Shown in pieces: positions 61,535 to 64,000 of a DNA stretch of 64,000 bases. The notes beneath the pieces are model-generated. The model did not search any database, was not told where the DNA came from, and worked only from the letters and a program-made list of their open reading frames with translations. Made by a program: the position numbers and the translations under genes. This stretch comes from an uncultured Clostridia bacterium (GTDB lineage Bacteria; Bacillota; Limnochordia; Limnochordales; Geochordaceae), in contig CAYQLT010000003.1 in the NCBI GenBank assembly GCA_964418425.1, positions 4,513 to 68,512 on the forward strand. The letters are read 5' to 3'. Each line of letters begins with the position of its first letter. The first letter of the stretch is position 1.

Positions 61535-61582
61535 ACGGGCCCGCTCTGGCGCCAGAGCGCCACGGCGGGCCCGTTCTTCGTT
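61535..61582 (+). terminator. intrinsic terminator candidate after the pentahaem cytochrome gene
   Basis: The outer stem is ACGGGCCCGC...GCGGGCCCGT (61535-61544/61565-61574) and encloses the palindrome GCTCTGGCGCCAGAGC. It is followed by TCTTCGTT. Confidence 0.55.
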
Positions 61583-61642
61583 GGGCCACCCGGAAGGGAT
61601 CGGGCTTTGGGAGGCCAAACCCGGGCTTGCCACCCTGAGAAG

Positions 61643-61678
61643 GCTGGTGAGCCCGGTGCAAGCTGGTGAGCCCGGTGC
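61643..61678 (+). repeat. tandem duplication of GCTGGTGAGCCCGGTGC (two 17-nt copies, 19-nt period) spanning the methyltransferase start codon
   Basis: Copies are at 61643-61659 and 61662-61678. The GTG in copy 2 (61666) opens the long frame. The GTG in copy 1 is out of frame and terminates after 11 codons. Confidence 0.7.
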
Positions 61679-62820
61679 CTGAGTGGAAAAACCAGCTTTA
61701 CTTTGGCGACAACCTGGAGGTCCTGCGCACCTGCGTCCCCGACGAGAGCGTCGACCTGGTCTACCTGGATCCCCCCTTTAACTCCCGGGCGACATACAGT
61801 GTGCTCGTGTCAGACCCAAGCGGCAAGGCGCCCAGTGCTCAGATGGTCGCCTTCCAGGACACGTGGCACTGGAGCCGGGAAACGGAGGGGGTATACCACG
61901 AGACGGTCGAGCACGGGCCGCAGCGCCTGAGCCATCTACTTCGGGCCCTTCGGCACTTGCTCGGGCGCAACGACATGATGGCGTACCTGGTCATGATGGC
62001 CCCCCGGCTTGTGGAGCTGCGCCGGGTGATGAAACCCACCGCGAGCCTGTACCTTCACTGCGACACCAAGGCGAGCCACTACCTGAAGCTGGTGCTGGAC
62101 ACGCTGTTTGGCCCGTCCATGTTCCGAAACGAGATCGTGTGGGTTCGGGATCCGGCGGGCAAGGGCGCCAAGCGGGTGAGCCGGCAGTGGCCCAGAAACT
62201 TCGATGTGCTGCTCCTGTACTCCCGCTCGCAGCAGATGAAGTTTCGCCAGCTCTACACGGAGCTGACCGAGAAGCAGAAGAAGGCGTACCGCTACAGGGA
62301 CGCGCGCGGGCGATTCAAGGTGGTCCAGCGGGGCGACTACACCGACGAGAGCATGGAGCGACTGCGGCAGCAGGGCCGGGTGTACGTATCCTCCACCGGC
62401 AAGGTGGGGGTCAAGTATTACCTGGATGAAGCCCGGAGCACCATCGGGGCCGTCTGGACCGACATCCCTGGTTTCGGCACCCGAACGGGCTCCAAGGAGC
62501 GGCTCGGTTACCCCACCCAGAAGCCTGAAGCCTTACTTGAGCGCATCATCCAGGCGAGCAGCGACGAGGGAGACCTCGTCCTCGACCCATTTTGCGGCTG
62601 TGGGACTACGGTGACAGTCGCTGAGAGGCTACGGCGACGGTGGATCGGGATTGACATCACTCCCCTTGCCATCCACCTCATCCGCCGGCGCCTGGAGGGC
62701 ACCTTCGGCAGCGACTTATCCCCTTACGAAGTGAAGGGCATCTCCGTCGACCTGCCGGGCGCAGCAGCTCTGGCGCAGGACAACGTCTGGAGGATCTCGC
62801 CCGGCACCCAAAGGCTCTGA
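61666..62820 (+). CDS. beta-class N6-adenine/N4-cytosine DNA methyltransferase, apparently C-terminally truncated
   Basis: [14 protein letters not shown], motif [14 protein letters not shown] near the N-terminus, and motif [18 protein letters not shown] near the C-terminus. The frame ends abruptly after [19 protein letters not shown], where relatives (from memory) continue into a further domain. Confidence 0.8.
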   Translation: MSPVPEWKNQLYFGDNLEVLRTCVPDESVDLVYLDPPFNSRATYSVLVSDPSGKAPSAQMVAFQDTWHWSRETEGVYHETVEHGPQRLSHLLRALRHLLGRNDMMAYLVMMAPRLVELRRVMKPTASLYLHCDTKASHYLKLVLDTLFGPSMFRNEIVWVRDPAGKGAKRVSRQWPRNFDVLLLYSRSQQMKFRQLYTELTEKQKKAYRYRDARGRFKVVQRGDYTDESMERLRQQGRVYVSSTGKVGVKYYLDEARSTIGAVWTDIPGFGTRTGSKERLGYPTQKPEALLERIIQASSDEGDLVLDPFCGCGTTVTVAERLRRRWIGIDITPLAIHLIRRRLEGTFGSDLSPYEVKGISVDLPGAAALAQDNVWRISPGTQRL

Positions 62821-62871
62821 CGGTCGCGGGTCTGCGGCCCGGGGCCGACCGCCCGTGCGGCGTTCCACCGG

Positions 62872-62900
62872 CTGCCATGGAAGGCATACGAGAGTATAAT
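62872..62900 (+). promoter_or_regulatory. candidate promoter CTGCCA-17 nt-TATAAT upstream of the DUF234 ATPase gene
   Basis: A perfect TATAAT at 62895-62900 sits in a conspicuous AT-rich patch (gagtataatccagattagactaatcc), 51 nt upstream of GTG 62951. Confidence 0.4.
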
Positions 62901-62950
62901 CCAGATTAGACTAATCCCGCGACCAATTTCCCGGGTGGGCGAGAACGCAA

Positions 62951-64000
62951 GTGATCCACACGGCCTTTGTCGACCGAGAGGCCGAGCTGGCGTTGCTGGA
63001 GGAGCAGTACCGCGCACCGGACGCCTCCCTCTTCATCCTGTACGGCAGGCGCCGGGTCGGCAAGACCGAACTGCTGCGTCATTTTGCGGCATCCCGGCGT
63101 CACGTCTTCTTCGTGGCCGACCAGGCGCCCGCAGCCGCCCAAATTGCGGAACTTTCCCGGCGACTATGGGCCCTGGTGCACGGCGAGCCCCCCGACGCTT
63201 TCACTTTCCCTTCGTGGGACGCCCTGTTGCGCTTCATGGGCCAGGCAGCGATGAGTGAGCCTTTGCTGGTGGTGCTGGATGAGGTGCCGTACCTGGTAGA
63301 GAGCGAGCGGTCCATGCCATCGGTGCTGCAGCGGGTGTGGGACGCGTCGCTGCGCCACACGCGCTTGAAACTCATCCTCTGCGGCTCACTCATCAGCTTC
63401 ATGGAACGAGAGCTCCTGGGACACAAAAGCCCTCTCTTCGGGCGTCGGACAGGTCAATACCAGTTGGAGCCCATGACGTTCCGCCAGGCCGCAGGCTTCT
63501 TTCCCGAGCGCAGCCCGGCCTGGAGGGTTGTCGCCTACGCTGCCTTCGGCGGGATGCCCGCATACCTCACTTTGCTGTCGGGCGAGGAAGACCTGGATGC
63601 CGCCCTCGTTCGACATGTGCTGCGCAAACAGGGCGTCCTCTTTGAGGAGCCCCGCTTTTTGCTCAGCCAGGAGCTCCACCAACCGACGTACTACTTTTCT
63701 TTGCTTGCCGCCATCGCCGGCGGCAAGACCCGTCTCAACGAGATCGTTCGGGGTGCCCACCTCCCCGACCGTGCCGCAGCGTCTCGGTACCTGGACATCT
63801 TGCAGACCATGGGGCTGGTCCAACGGGAGGTGCCCGTCACCGAGCCGGCGCCGCAACGTTCCCGCCGGGGCATTTACCGGATCAAGGACCCGTTTCTGAG
63901 GTTTTGGTTCCGCTTCGTCTACCCGTACCGGACGGAGCTGGAAACGGTCGGGCCCGAGCTTGTTCTTGAGCGTTTCATTCGACCTCGGCTCCACGAATTC
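62951..64000 (+). CDS. AAA ATPase of the archaeal-ATPase/DUF234 family (3' end outside the window)
   Basis: It is absent from the supplied ORF track because no stop occurs before the window end. Translated by hand from GTG 62951 it gives 350 open codons. These include VIHTAFVDREAELALLEEQY...LFILYGRRRVGKTELLRHF (Walker A) and LLVVLDEVPYL (Walker B). The C-part reads LLAAIAGGKTRLNEI...YRIKDPFLRFWFRFV. Confidence 0.8.
   Translation, partial: MIHTAFVDREAELALLEEQYRAPDASLFILYGRRRVGKTELLRHFAASRRHVFFVADQAPAAAQIAELSRRLWALVHGEPPDAFTFPSWDALLRFMGQAAMSEPLLVVLDEVPYLVESERSMPSVLQRVWDASLRHTRLKLILCGSLISFMERELLGHKSPLFGRRTGQYQLEPMTFRQAAGFFPERSPAWRVVAYAAFGGMPAYLTLLSGEEDLDAALVRHVLRKQGVLFEEPRFLLSQELHQPTYYFSLLAAIAGGKTRLNEIVRGAHLPDRAAASRYLDILQTMGLVQREVPVTEPAPQRSRRGIYRIKDPFLRFWFRFVYPYRTELETVGPELVLERFIRPRLHEF

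Noticed and set aside
1-64000. Search for rRNA, tRNA, tmRNA, CRISPR arrays, transposases, integrases and prophage genes
   Set aside because: None was recognised by eye in any intergenic region or ORF. Compositional islands such as 24158-24766 and 47300-50600 therefore cannot be tied to an identifiable mobile element from this window alone.

Overview
64-kb window of a roughly 68-70% GC bacterial chromosome. The gene content (classical men pathway, b6-type Rieske/cytochrome b, a gas-vesicle cluster, many beta-barrel outer-membrane-like proteins) suggests a high-GC diderm Firmicutes-like lineage such as Limnochordia or Symbiobacterium. That assignment is a guess. No rRNA, tRNA, CRISPR array, transposase or integrase was found.

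Recognisable content, in order:
- a partial EamA transporter, glpK, and a Phd/VapC toxin-antitoxin pair
- an M20 peptidase, an odd amidohydrolase/Omp85-tail mosaic ORF, and a second RHH/PIN pair
- a Fe(3+)-type ABC importer operon
- a menF-D-H-B-A-E menaquinone operon (no menC) and a CAP/SCP-domain secreted protein
- a co-oriented block of five secreted proteins (four paralogues with a DUF3794/SPOCS-like C-terminal module, plus an FG-GAP protein), which sits directly downstream of the next item
- a nine-gene gas-vesicle cluster (gvpA-N-F-G-J-K-L-J/M-O)
- an NMT1/SsuA-type ABC system with a fused ATPase-permease
- a Rieske / cytochrome b-nonahaem c fusion / class-II cytochrome c operon
- a Dpp-like binding protein plus two permeases, with no ATPase genes in the window
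- an AidB-like acyl-CoA dehydrogenase, an AlbA_2/Schlafen-type protein with a decayed AAA gene, and an MFS transporter
- a plus-strand run of a 1191-aa surface protein with a T9SS-CTD/FlgD-Ig-like tail, a PorV-like barrel, a 1559-aa giant outer-membrane protein, a STAND-TPR-SARP regulator and a pentahaem cytochrome
- a C-terminally decayed beta-class DNA methyltransferase, and a DUF234-type AAA ATPase that runs off the window end

The most interesting candidates are the CTD-cargo / PorV-like / giant-barrel trio, the secreted paralogue family attached to the gvp cluster, a GvpL/F homologue whose N-terminal domain looks like a ribosomal stalk P1/P2 domain, and the cytochrome b-multihaem fusion.

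All functional calls come from motif and pattern recognition by eye; no database search was run. Start codons are often uncertain because of the GC-rich background. Many long ORFs in the supplied track are out-of-frame shadows of real genes.
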